The notes: generated by a model from the letters alone, not told the origin. A stretch of 53,030 bases of DNA from Octopus sinensis (GCF_006345805.1 NW_021831688.1:1-53030); one strand, 5' to 3'; counted from the first letter of the stretch, positions 12,385 to 25,050 are shown. A program made the numbers and translations.

Positions 12385-12525
12385 TCTTTTCTTTTATTTG
12401 TTTCAGTCATTTGAGTGCGGCCATGCTGGAGCACCACCTTCAGTCGAGCAAATCGACCCCAGGACTTATTCTTTGTAAACCTAGTACTTATTCTATTGGT
12501 CCCTCTTGTCGAACCGCTAAATGAC
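12385..12525 (-). mobile_element. Family B SINE 3' half
   Basis: ttgtttcagtcatttgagtgcggccatgctggagcacc...gaaccgctaa. Confidence 0.8.
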
Positions 12526-12545
12526 GGGGGGGGGGAATATTTGAT

Positions 12546-12620
12546 CGCCCCTGGGTGGGCCTTGAACGACCAACCTTTCGGTTAACAACCGAAGGCGTTC
12601 ACCGATTGCGCCACAGAGAC
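12546..12620 (-). pseudogene. tRNA-Asn(GTT) pseudogene
   Basis: The minus strand reads GTCTCTGTGGCGCAATCGGTGAACGCCTTCGGTTGTTAACCGAAAGGTTGGTCGTTCAAGGCCCACCCAGGGGCG. It matches the conserved metazoan tRNA-Asn along its full length, but with about 8 changes including the B-box (GTTCAA) and a T-arm insertion. Confidence 0.85.
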
Positions 12621-12631
12621 AGCTAATATTC

Positions 12632-12685
<54 letters not shown>

Positions 12686-13014
12686 ATATATATATATATA
12701 TATAATATATATACACATACATACTTATGTATATATATATATATACACGAGGAGCTTACTGTCAAAATCGGTATAAGTGGATATTTGATCGATTTCATGA
12801 TAACCATTAAAACACAATCTGCAAGATTGAAATATTTTTGAGTAATTCCTTCTGTTTCTGCATGGAGCAAAGCATCTTTGATGTTTATTTCAGATCATAA
12901 CTACTTCGTTCAGCGTCCAGCAACCTTGCAATGTCCAAATTTTATGCAAACCATGCAACCCCAGAAGTTTTCATGTATGTTATCTAATATAAACCTAATA
13001 GTACTCTTTTTCTC

Positions 13015-13251
13015 TTTACTCTTTACTTGTTTCAGTCATTTGAGTGCGGCCATGCCGGAGCACCGCCTTTTAATCGAGCAAATCGACCCCAAGACTTATT
13101 CTTTGTAAGCCTAGTACTTATTCTATCGGTCTATTTTGCCAAATCGCTAAGTTACGGGGACATAAACACACCAGCATCGGTTGTCAAGCGATGCTGGGGA
13201 GACAAACACAGATACACACACACAAACACACGCGCGCGCATATATATATAT

Positions 13252-13324
<73 letters not shown>

Positions 13325-13530
13325 ACATATATATATATATACATATATATACATACAACACACATATATATATATACATACAACACACACATATATATAT
13401 ATATATACATATATACGACGGGCTTCTTTCAGTTTCCGTCTACCAAATCCACTCAGGCTATAGTGGAAGACACTTGCCCATGGTGCCACGCAGTGGGACT
13501 GAACCCGGAACCATGTGGTTGATAAGCAAG
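13015..13530 (-). mobile_element. Family B SINE, full length with expanded internal (TA)n
   Basis: Tail at about 13020, head ...gaacccggaaccatgtggtt at about 13500-13520. Confidence 0.85.
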
Positions 13531-13544
13531 TTGGACATTTTATA

Positions 13545-13975
13545 GCGGCGAGCTGGCATAAACATCTGCATGTCGGCATTTCAATCGTCTTTACGTTCTG
13601 AGTTCAAATCCCGCTGAGGTCAACTTCGCATTTTCTCATTTTGGGTTTGATTAAAATAATTACCTGTTGAGCACTGGTATTGATGCTAAGGCGGCGAGCT
13701 GGCAGAAACGTTAGCACGCCGGGCGAAATGCTTGGCGGTATCTTGTCTGCCGCTACGTTCTGAGTTCAAATTCCACCGAGGTCGACTTTGCCTTTCATCC
13801 TTTCGGGGTCGATTAAATAAGTACCAGTTACGCACTGGGGTCGATATAATGTCTGTGTTTGTTTGTCCTCTCTGTGTTTAGCTCCTTGTGGGGGTAGTAA
13901 AGAAATAGGTATTGATGCAATCAGTTTAACCCCTTCCCGCAAAATGTCAGGCCTTGTGCACATAGCAGAAAGGAG
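13545..13975 (+). mobile_element. Two family A (Nin-like) SINE copies
   Basis: gcggcgagctggca heads at about 13545 and 13690, each followed by the core. Confidence 0.8.
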
Positions 13976-15139
13976 TATAGACCAGACATTTTGAAATTGT
14001 TTTGAAATATTGTTTAATAATTATTTAGTTAATACTCGGTAATCTAACATCAGATGTTAGTTAACTCGATCTACACAATACAATTTACTTACTACATCAC
14101 GTTCAGACAATGTTTTCAAATGGATTTTTCTTGTTGCTTTAATACAAGGTGAAGATAATACGAGATAATGCTTACGAAGACAAGATACATGACCAGTAGC
14201 TTCTGTAAGAATCTGTTACGGTAAAATATATGAATAGAAGTTAGATAACATGAATGGCTACTATATAAATGGCGTTTGTAACTCATTCTTGTCCATCGTC
14301 GCTAACAGTCAGTGTTAGCAGTGAGACGTTTCATCACTAATTAATTTAATGAATCTGAAATATTTACTGCGTGGCGTCAGTATTTAACGAAATCAGCTTC
14401 TTTCTTTGATAGACAGGAATGCCGAGAAAGCTAACACCTTACTGTTTACAAGAAAGAAGAAAAAAAATATGGGAAATGTCGGGCGCTCGACAAGAGATAA
14501 ATTCTTGATAAAAATAAACAGACAAGTGGAGTGTGGAAGGATTAAAAACAAAGTAACACATGTAAAAGACCGATAACAGGGTTTGTTTCGTTTTTCCTTT
14601 GCTGTCTTTATTTATTTATTGCTTTTTTCTGGAAGAGGAAATTTCAGACGTTGTTAGTCAGGTGAGGAATGTTTCGAGAATGATGAATTAGCTGTTCTTT
14701 TTCTGGCGCTAAAAATTTTCGGGTTGATTAGGATAATTAATGTATTCATTACGAAAGAAACTTTGTTAATATGAAATATAGTAATTCTGCTTTTTCGAAT
14801 GAAAGGCGAGACACGACAGACTGAACCCGGTTTCAGTTCAAAACCCATCCAACCGAAATCGTTATCTCTGCTTTATTATTAGTGTCGTGTTATAATACAG
14901 CATTAATGTAGCTTTGACTTCTAAGTATTTGAAAGAAATTGAGCCGAATTTTAGATTTGGCATCAAGACGGTCAATAAGTTCCTCATATCGATGTAGTCT
15001 TGTCTTACAAATTCTTGTTGTCTGTTAAGTGTTTTCAATGATTGATTATTTGTTGAAAATTTCAAACACGTAGATTCAAGTAGATTTTCTATTCTTTTCT
15101 TTTTTTGTTGTTGTTGTTAATATTATACATGATACTACA

Positions 15140-15853
15140 GGCGCAGGAATGGCTATATTGTTAAGAAGCTCACTTTGCAACCATGATTTCGGGTTCAGCA
15201 TCACTGCTTCGCACTTGGAGCAAATAGCTATACTGTAGCCCCGGGCCGACCAATACTTTATGAGTGAAATTGGTGGAAGAAAGCTATACCTATTTCTTTA
15301 TTGCCCACAAGGGGCTAAACATAGAGGGGACAAACAAGGACAGACACACGGATTAAGTCGATTATATCGACCCCAGTACATAACTGGTACTTTTTTTATC
15401 GACCTCGAAAGGATGAAAGGCAAAGTCAACCTCGGCGGTATTTGAACTCAGAACGTAGCGGCAGACGAAATACCGGTAAGCAGTTCGCCCGGCGTGCTAA
15501 CGTTCCGCCAGCTCGCTATATAAAAGCTATATAAAGCCCGCCTCTGTATGTGTGTGTGTATGTATGTGTATGATATATATATATATATATATATAATATA
15601 TATATATATATATTATATATATATGTTGTGTGTGTGTTGTGTGTGGTGTGTTGTGTGATGCATGTATGCATGTATGTATGTATGTATGATAAGGCGCAGG
15701 AGTGGCTATGTGGAAGTAACTTGCTTACCAGCCACATGTTTCCGGGTTCAGTCCCACTGCGTGGCATCTTGGGCAAGTGTCTTCTAGTATAGCCTCGGGC
15801 CGACCAAAGCCTTGTGAGTGGATTCGGTAGACGGAAACTGAAGAAGCCCGTCG

Positions 15854-15884
<31 letters not shown>

Positions 15885-16315
15885 TAATTATATATATATA
15901 TATATATATATATTGTATGTATGTGTTGGGTATGTTCGTGTGTGTGCTGTGTTTGTCCCCTCGACATCGCTTGACAACCGATGCTGGTTTGTTTACGCCC
16001 TCGTAACTCAGTGGTTCGTAAGCACACCAACACTGTTGTCAAGCGGTGATGAGGGACAAGCGCAGACACAAAAACATACACATAGATATACACATTATAT
16101 ATATATATACATATACATACACAAACGTGTGTGTGTTTGTCTGCCACACTGCTTGACAACCAGTGTAGGTGTGTTTTACATCGCCGTAGTCTAGCGGTTC
16201 GGCAATAGAGACCCGATAGAATAAGCACTGGGGATCGATAAGTTGGACTAAAAAATGTTCAAGACTGTGCCCCAGTTTGGCCGCAGTCTAATAACTGAAA
16301 CAAATAAAAAGATAA
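15140..16315. mobile_element. Nested SINE cluster: B head (+), A (-), and a full B (+) with an internal inverted segment
   Basis: B head 15140-15280, antisense A 15290-15520, B 15690-16315 with a reversed body piece at about 16020-16090. Confidence 0.75.
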
Positions 16316-16963
16316 AGCATGATTAACAATTCAGAACCAACAAGACGCCTGGGAGGACGGCCTCCCCTCAGAGAAACCTATGACGTAGGTCAGCGAGGCT
16401 AAATGAGAGGAAAAACCCACAAAAAAACACCAAAGTAAAACAGAAATTCAATTGGGGAGATTCACAAAAGACAATCCATATTCGAGAACAGCAAAACAAA
16501 GACGTAGCCGTCCTACACTTCATGAGAAGCGAAAGGGTAAAACAAATAATTTGTGCTTGTAGCGAATAAGATCCAACCCCGTTAGTTGCCACCAGAAACC
16601 AGCACAGCATAGCAAAATAATGAAACGTTATAATTATTGATGCATTTACTTACGTATCTATTTAAAAGAAATAATTTTTCTTGTTTTGAAACGTTGGTTC
16701 CCAAGAGATAAACAAGAATGTGCGGAGTTTCAGAAGTTAAGTATCATATTTAATTAGTGTATTATAAGATTTCTAACAATAGAAGCTTTGTCAGTTTGGC
16801 GAACAGCTGTCATCTTGGTGGATATCGTGAAATGAATATTAATGAGATCTTATTTTGTAATAGACGCACACTAAGATAACTAAATGCACCGCTCATGTCC
16901 TTATATAATTTGTATATCTATGCAAAGGAAGTTAATACAGTACATCCGTCCGTCATCCGTTTA

Positions 16964-17045
<82 letters not shown>

Positions 17046-17060
17046 AAAATATATATATAT

Positions 17061-17119
<59 letters not shown>

Positions 17120-17699
17120 CTATATATATAATATATATATATTATATTATATATATTATACGCATGTATTTCAATTTTTCTGAATTTTCAAATTTTTCTT
17201 TAAGCTAGCTACTGGTTTTAAATTGATTTTAATTAAATTAATATTCAACTTATCACCCTCATTATTTAAATTTTAAATAATTATGTTCTCTAACCGGCAA
17301 CATTAACTGCAGTGATTTATCTACTGCTGCGAAACTGTTTCTGGGATTTAGCGCACCAGAACTTAGACATTTGAAAGTAAGCCCAATGTAACCGGCAGAA
17401 CTATACACACATCTCATTTTATAAGGACAACTAGGGTATAGTTCTATGAATTATATTGAATTGGAACGATCGTACTGCAGAGACTACGGACGAAGATTAC
17501 GTAAGTAAATTCGTTGATGATGAAATCGGTCTACGATTAATTCTGTATTTTGTATATTTTCATCTGTCTTACGCGCTTATGTTCTGATGTTTGCTGAATT
17601 TCTCTAGAGAACATTCTTTTCTTTGTAGTTAGATTGTAGGTGATCTTCTTCTAGCATATTGGATGTCCACTTAGTGGTCATCCCTATTATACGCATATA

Positions 17700-18001
17700 T
17701 GTATATATATTGTCTGTTCCTTCAGGCTCATCAGGGCCGGTTTCCAGGTTTCCTTGGCATATAGGTTCCCCACCTAGATGGGACGACGGTCCGTCGCAGG
17801 TGAGCTGCAAGATGCAAGAGGAAAGAGTGAGAGAAAGTTGTGGCGAAAGAGTCAGTAGAAGGTCGTTTCATCACAGACTGCGACGTTATCGATGTCTTCT
17901 ACTATAGCTTCGGGCCGACCAAAGCCTTGTGAGTATATTTGGTAGACGGAAACTGAAAGAAGCCCGTAGTATGTATGTATATATATATATATATATATAT
18001 A

Positions 18002-18044
<43 letters not shown>

Positions 18045-18245
18045 TGTCTGTGTTTGTCCTTCCCAACATCGCTTGACAACCGATGCTGGTATGTTTACGT
18101 CCCCGTAACTTAGCGGTTTGGCAAAAAAAGACCGATAGAATAAGTACTAGGCTCACGAAGAATAAATCCTGGGGTCGATTTGCTCGACTAAAGGCGGTGC
18201 TCCAGCCTGGCCGCAGTCAAATGACTGAAACAGTAAAAGAGTACA
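17700..18245. mobile_element. Truncated H1/T1 SINE (-) followed by a headless family B SINE (+)
   Basis: 17700-17870 matches 2563-2720; 17890-18245 matches the B body and tail. Confidence 0.8.
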
Positions 18246-19056
18246 TGTATGTATTTATGTATGTATGTATAGTTGTGTACACCTACAGTACTTTAAGAGA
18301 GTACCAACCAGATGAACGTTTAGTTAAGTTATTCTATATGTTGCGGGGAAATTCGAACCGAAAGATTCCCAAATTCAATTAGCCCAATCTTGTTTAACCA
18401 AGGCCTTCAGCAATTCTTTGAAAGGCGTTTTAGCGCGCGCGCTCGTGTGTGGAGATAAAGTCAAAGAACCAGCAATGTCTGCTAGTATGTATTTGTATGT
18501 ATATTTGTGTATATATGTATATAAACGTATATTTATTTCCTTGCGATGATGTTAGATGTTAAATGGCGTACTTTTTACACGCTGTAGCTGATATGCTGCA
18601 AATCCTATAGCTTCTGACAGAAACTGGCTGAGGAATCTTTTTTTTGGTTTTTGGTTCGTTTTTGTTGCCAGACGTACATGGATGTAGTAACAGTGATGAT
18701 GGAAAGCACACTGCAAACGTCTTTTAGTGCTTGTTCTAATAGTGTTCGTTACGCGACCGTTCCTGTTTCGTTTCTAACATAAAAACAAACGCAAACGCAA
18801 CAAAAATTTAAAATATATATATCCGACTAGGGATGATTGAAGGGTCATTTTATTCCATTGCCATCTGTTGTTGGGTTCGTCTAACAGATACTATTTTCAT
18901 TTCAACTAAATAAGAAAAATGAAATACAAACGGAACCAAACAAAACAAAACGAAATACATTCAGTAAATGGCTTTCACCAAACACAAGCTTTAATATCTT
19001 CTTTTACAAAGATAACATTTACTATCTGCCTTGGCATCCAGTGTTACAAGATCGGC

Positions 19057-19057
<1 letters not shown>

Positions 19058-19096
<39 letters not shown>

Positions 19097-19153
19097 TATA
19101 GTAGTGGTAGTAGTAGTAGTAGTGGTAGTAGTAGCAGCAGCAGTAGTAGTGGC

Positions 19154-19192
<39 letters not shown>

Positions 19193-19220
19193 TGTAGTAG
19201 TAGTAGTAGTAGTAGTAGTA
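19058..19220. repeat. (TAA)n + (TAG)n trinucleotide microsatellite
   Basis: Directly visible; further (TAA)n tracts at about 19708-19782 and 20255-20335. Confidence 0.95.
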
Positions 19221-19732
19221 CCAGGCACTGACTCTCATGGCTTCTGATCTTAGCTGATTGGAAGTGTTATCATGTACATTGTTTTGTCTTGGTATAAAAG
19301 ATGGCCTATAGCAAATATTCTGCTCAATACCACAGATTTGCTTGTCAGTTGTTTGACCTTAACCAGTTGAGTATGTCCCTTAGTGGTTGACGATATATGC
19401 GTCTCTGATCACGAGCAGAAATAGTGGAGGAGCATCATAGCCATGTGTTGAGAGGGATTCTTTGGGGTTTGAATAATTCACCTCTGGAAACATGTGCTGT
19501 AGGCATAAGGCCTGAAATTTGTGGGGAGGGGGACTAGCCAATTATATCTACCCCAGTGTTTCACTGGTAATTAATTTATCGACTCTCAAATGATGAAAGG
19601 CAAAGTCGACATAGGTGGAATTTGAACTCAGAACGGTGAGAGAAAGACAAAATACTGCTAGGTAGTTTGCACGGTGTGCTAACGATTCTGCCACCTCACC
19701 ACCTTAGTAATAATAATAATAATAATAATAAT

Positions 19733-19783
<51 letters not shown>

Positions 19784-19859
19784 CGTTTCTATATTGGTCA
19801 CAAGGGCCGAACACAAAACAAATAGGGACAATACAAAACTGGGGACACGTGGGGTTTAA

Positions 19860-20227
19860 CACAAAAACCGAGTAAACAATAAAATAACAATGACAACAAT
19901 ACATTTACACAATAAAATTCCCCCAAAGGGAAGAGTCCCAGACAGGGACAACCGAGGAAGACCACACATTCTGGTTATCCCGACCGCCGGATGCACCTCA
20001 GCAGGCGTCTCTCTCCTTCTAAACTTCTCCGATTTACAAACGAAATTTCAGAGTAGGCCTATTCACACAGGCTATCCTCGCCACACGCACCAATCCTTTC
20101 AACAAATTTACTGGGAGGGGTCGGGCAGAACTTCCCACTCTACTTTCACTTTCCTTTTCAAGTAGAACTTGAAAAAGTCGATGAGGGTTTGGCCGAAGAG
20201 GAAAGTATCCGTCTTCAGTCCTTTCTA
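19860..20227 (-). mobile_element. L1/Tx1-like LINE 3' end relic
   Basis: The minus frame gives KGLKTDTFLSGQTLIDFFKFYLKRKVRVEWEVL, resembling Tx1-type ORF2 C-termini, followed by a short UTR-like stretch. Confidence 0.5.
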
Positions 20228-20257
20228 ACAACAACAACAACAGCAGCAATAGCAATA

Positions 20258-20322
<65 letters not shown>

Positions 20323-20456
20323 TAATAATAATGATAATACTTTCTATCATAGGCACAAGGTCTGAAATTTTCAGGAAGGAGGCATGTTGATTATATTGAC
20401 CTCCAAAGATGACCTTGGCGGAATTTGAACTCGAAACAAAGTAAGAAAGTAATGCC

Positions 20457-21336
20457 TTTTATCCGGCGTGCTAAAGAGTCTGCATTTTATCCGGCGTGCT
20501 AAGGAGTCTGCATTTTATCCGGCGTGCTAAAGAGTCTGCATTTTATCCGGCGTGCTAAGGAGTCTGCATTTTATCCGGCGTGCTAAAGAGTCTGCATTTT
20601 ATCCGGCGTGCTAAAGAGTCTGCATTTTATCCGGCATGCTAAGGAGTCTGCATTTTATCCGGCATGCTAAGGAGTCTGCATTTTATCCGGCGTGCTAAGA
20701 GTCTGCATTTAATCCGGCGTGCTAAGGAGTCTGCATTTTATATCCGGCGTGCTAAAGAGTCTGCATTTTATCCGGCGTGCTAAGGAGTCTGCATTTTATC
20801 CGGCGTGCTAAGGAGTCTGCATTTTATCCGGCGTGCTAAAGAGTCTGCATTTTATCCGGCGTGCTAAGGAGTCTGCATTTTATCCGGCGTGCTAAGAGTC
20901 TGCATTTTATCCGGCGTGCTAAGGAGTCTGCATTTTATCCGGCGTGCTAAAGAGTCTGCATTTTATCCGGCGTGCTAAGGAGTCTGCATTTTATCCGGCG
21001 TGCTAAGGAGTCTGCATTTTATCCGGCGTGCTAAGGAGTCTGCATTTTATTTAATCCGATAATCCGGCGTGCTAAAGAGTCTGCATTTTATCCGGCGTGC
21101 TAAGGAGTCTGCATTTTATCCGGCGTGCTAAGGAGTCTGCATTTTATCCGGCGTGCTAAAGAGTCTGCATTTTATCCGGCGTGCTAAGGAGTCTGCATTT
21201 TATCCGGCGTGCTAAAGAGTCTGCATTTTATCCGGCATGCTAAGGAGTCTGCATTTTATCCGGCATGCTAAAGAGTCTGCATTTTATCCGGCATGCTAAG
21301 GAGTCTGCATTTTATCCGGCATGCTAAGGAGTCTGC
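20457..21336. repeat. 28-bp minisatellite (about 31 units) derived from a family A SINE
   Basis: Unit ttttatccggcgtgctaa(a/g)gagtctgca. It lies inside an antisense SINE and exits into ctgccag. Confidence 0.95.
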
Positions 21337-21808
21337 CAGGCCATTTCTTGTTATTCGACTACAGTTTTGAAATACTTTTTGCCTTAAGCGACATTTTTTT
21401 CTTCGTCACAACACAAACTGCAGTGAAAAGCCTTTCAGAGCTTCAAATATATCTCGAACATATTTGGATCTCAAGTTTGTAATCTTTTATCGTTACCTGT
21501 GTCTGTCAATTGGGTTTGATGCCATGGTAGAGCACTGCCTTGAAGGGTTCAGTCGAACAAATCAACCGCAGCTCTTTTCTTAAAGTCTGGTGTTTATCCT
21601 ATTGAAGCGCCTTGCTTAGTGGTTAGGGTACTGGACTCATGAATCGTAAAATTCTAGTTTCGATTCTTGAGCCGAGTGACCCGTTGCGTTCTTGAGCGTA
21701 GGCTCGAAACGTAAAAGACTTTTCCATTTTTTCCCGAGCGTCAAACTAATAGACTTGCTTGTTGTTCATACACCTGTCTTCATCTCTTGTTTTTCTATAA
21801 ATTTCAAC

Positions 21809-21840
<32 letters not shown>

Positions 21841-21852
21841 TGTATGTATGTA

Positions 21853-21898
<46 letters not shown>

Positions 21899-22090
21899 TG
21901 AGAGAGAGAGATAGACCGATAGAATAAGTACTAAGCTTACAAACAATAAGTCCTGCGGTCGATTTCTTCGACTAAAACCCTTTATGGCGGTGCTCCAGCA
22001 TGGTCGCAGTCAAATGACTGAAACAAGTAATAGAGTAAAATAATATGTATACGTGTGTGTGTGTATTTACGTATATATATATATATATAT

Positions 22091-22303
22091 GGTTAATCCA
22101 AACATGAAAACACAAAGAAAAAACACAACACCCCGAGGACGTGGAACAAGTATAGTATTATTGGACGCTCAGGAAAGAAGGAAAGAAGGAGGGTTCAACG
22201 TTTCGAGCGGAGCTCTTCGTCAGAAACATAGGAAGAGAAAAAATCCAAGGAGGGGAAAACGGAGGAAAAAATCTCCAACGATACACACGCGGTCACATTT
22301 TGA
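22091..22303 (-). mobile_element. Short non-coding hammerhead-bearing retroelement
   Basis: Contains the hammerhead at 22193-22227 and ends gattaaccatat into (TA)n. Homologous to 10395-10590 and 21694-21815. Confidence 0.7.
22193..22227 (-). ncRNA. Minimal type I hammerhead ribozyme
   Basis: The minus strand reads GTTT-CTGACGA-A-GAGC-TCC-GCTC-GAAA-CGTT-GAAC: intact core, perfect 4-bp stem II, palindromic ACGT stem III, GUU triplet, 4-bp stem I. Confidence 0.75.
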
Positions 22304-22532
22304 ATATATATATATATATATATATAACAATGATAAATCTCAGAGCGAGTTATAAACAGTAGCGGTAACACATCGTGACGCATATTTGCCATTTGAATAT
22401 CACTCCCCTTCACAAATACTGAGAGGACACAGATAGTGTGTCTATAGCCAGCTGGAGGAGATATCTTCCTGGGGCTACAAACTACAGTAGCATCCACCCT
22501 AGGGTTAGCCATATTCAAATGGCAAATATGCG

Positions 22533-22574
<42 letters not shown>

Positions 22575-22619
22575 AATATATATATAATATATATTACATA
22601 TATACATATATATCATATA

Positions 22620-22665
<46 letters not shown>

Positions 22666-23064
22666 ATATATATATATAATATATTATATAACATACATAC
22701 ATATATGTATGTGTGTGACTGTGTTTAAGACGAAGTTCCACACAGTTCCCGCCTACAATCCATCCACAAGACAATAGGCGGCCAAGGTTGTACTAGAAAG
22801 CACACGTCCAAAATACCGTGCAGTGAGACTCAAGTCGAAACCGCATGGTCGCAAAGCGAATTTCTTCACCACACAGCCTTGTTATGTAAAATAAATGTCA
22901 AGTGACATTAATACTGCATTTATCCCTGTAAATATTTTGTTGAAATATTCTCTTCTGAATCCTGAGACAATTAGAAAGGCCAGACAGAAACATAAGAAAA
23001 ACAATGACATCATTCAGAACACACCCAAAACCAAACAAAGAAAGATTATATTTACAACAAATAG

Positions 23065-23256
23065 GTGCAGGCATGGCTGTGTGGTAAGAAGCTTGCTTCC
23101 CAACCACATGGTTTCGGGTTTAATCCCCCTGCGTGGCACCTTGGGCAAGTATCTTCTACAATAGCCCCAGGCTGACCAAAGCACGGTGGATTTGATTGAT
23201 GGAAACTGAAAGGAGCCCGTCGTGTGTACACATACACACACTAGTACATACACGCA

Positions 23257-23297
<41 letters not shown>

Positions 23298-23438
23298 CTA
23301 TGTATATATATATATATTATATTATATATATATATATAGAATATATATATATATTATTATATATATATACATATGTATATATATATATATATTATATATA
23401 TATAAATATATATATATATATACATATGTATATATAAG

Positions 23439-23495
<57 letters not shown>

Positions 23496-23577
23496 ATATA
23501 TATACATTATATATATATATAGATATATATATATACATATTATATATATATAATATATATATATATATATTATATAC

Positions 23578-23623
<46 letters not shown>

Positions 23624-23624
23624 C

Positions 23625-23656
<32 letters not shown>

Positions 23657-23751
23657 CATATGTATATATAATATATAGTATATATATATATATAAATATG
23701 CGTGTATGTACTAGTGTGTGTATTGGTCTATATATATACTACATATAGATA

Positions 23752-23760
<9 letters not shown>
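23065..23760 (+). mobile_element. Family B SINE head running into a very long (TA)n-rich tract
   Basis: gtgcaggcatggctgtgtggtaag...gagcccgtcgtg followed by about 500 bp of TA-rich repeat. Confidence 0.75.
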
Positions 23761-23787
<27 letters not shown>

Positions 23788-23795
23788 CATATGTA

Positions 23796-23826
<31 letters not shown>

Positions 23827-23954
23827 ATATATATATATATATATCATACAGACGTTCCTCCTACATGCATATGTCTGTCTGTCTGTCTGTCTCTATGTAT
23901 GTGTTTATTTGTGGTTGTGTTTGTCAATCCCTTCCCCAGCACCCTTTACTTTTC

Positions 23955-24510
23955 TACTCTTGGCACAGGGCCCGAAATTTTGGAGGAAGGGGGCCAGTCG
24001 ATTAGATCGATCCCAGTACGCAACTAGTACTTAATTTATCGATCCCGAAAGGATGAAAGGCAAAATCGACCTCGGCGGAATTTGAACTCAGAACGTAAAG
24101 ACAAACGAAATACCTATTTCTTTACTACCCATAAAGGGCTAAACACGAAGGAGACAAACAATAACATACAAACGGATTAAGTCGATTATATTGACGCCAG
24201 TGCGTAACTGGTACTTATTTAATCGACCCCGAAAGGATAAAAGTCAAAGTTGACCTCGGTTGAATTTGAACTCAGAAGGTAGCGGCAGACGAAATACCTA
24301 TTTCTTTACTACCCACAAGGGGCTAAACACAGAGAGGACAAACAAGGATAGACAAACGGATTAAGTCGATTATATCAACCCCAGTGCGTAACAGGTACTT
24401 ATTTAATCGACCCCGAAAGGATGAAAGGCAAAGTCGACCTCGGCAGAATTTGAACTCAGAACGTAGCGGCAGACGAAATACCGCTAAGCATTTCTGCCAG
24501 CTCACCGACT
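23955..24510 (-). mobile_element. Family A SINE trimer
   Basis: Three tandem antisense cores (tcgaccccgaaaggatgaaaggcaaagtcgacctcggc) joined through the tatttctttactaccc tail. Confidence 0.85.
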
Positions 24511-24976
24511 CCCCTCCCCATCACTTGTGTTGGTTTGTTGACAGCCCTGTAATTTAGCTTTTCGCCAAAAAGAGTATATGTACCATGCTTAAAAGTAAGT
24601 GCTGCGGGAGTCGATTTCTCCACATAAATCCCTTGAAGGCGGTGCACCAGAATGGTCGCAATCCAATGAGTGAAACAAGTAAAAAAAATAATAGATAAAA
24701 ATATATATATACATATATAAAACCAGGGATGTAGGTGGAGTCTTTTGTAACTAGAAAACTATTAGAAAACATAAACTGAAACACTTACAAAAATATCTGC
24801 TAAAAAATAATACAAAATTAACAGAAATATATACAAGAGAAGAGCAAAGCAAAACAGAAGCTGTTTTCTGTCTGCGATGAAGTCAACAAATACAAAACAG
24901 AGAGTGAAGTACACCACATGCACACACAAACAGCTGGGAAGAGTAAGAAAAACAACAATAGGAATTTTGAAAGCAA

Positions 24977-25050
24977 ATATGCGTGGCCTAATGGATAAAG
25001 GCGTCTGACTTCAAATCAAAAGATTGCAAGTTCGTGACTCGTCGTGATCG
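24977..25050 (+). pseudogene. tRNA-Arg(TCG)-derived pseudogene, anticodon now TCA
   Basis: gcgtggcctaatggataaaggcgtctgacttcaaatcaaaagattgcaagttcg...gtcgtgatcg aligns to tRNA-Arg(TCG). The acceptor stem is broken. Confidence 0.75.

Noticed and set aside
18671-18782. Acceptor-like ttttgttgccag followed by a short ORF (MDVVTVMMESTLQ...)
   Set aside because: The ORF ends in a stop with no donor and has no recognisable motif; it cannot be supported as an exon.
20457-21336. CRISPR-like appearance of the 28-bp array
   Set aside because: There are no unique spacers and no cas genes, the context is eukaryotic, and the unit derives from a SINE.
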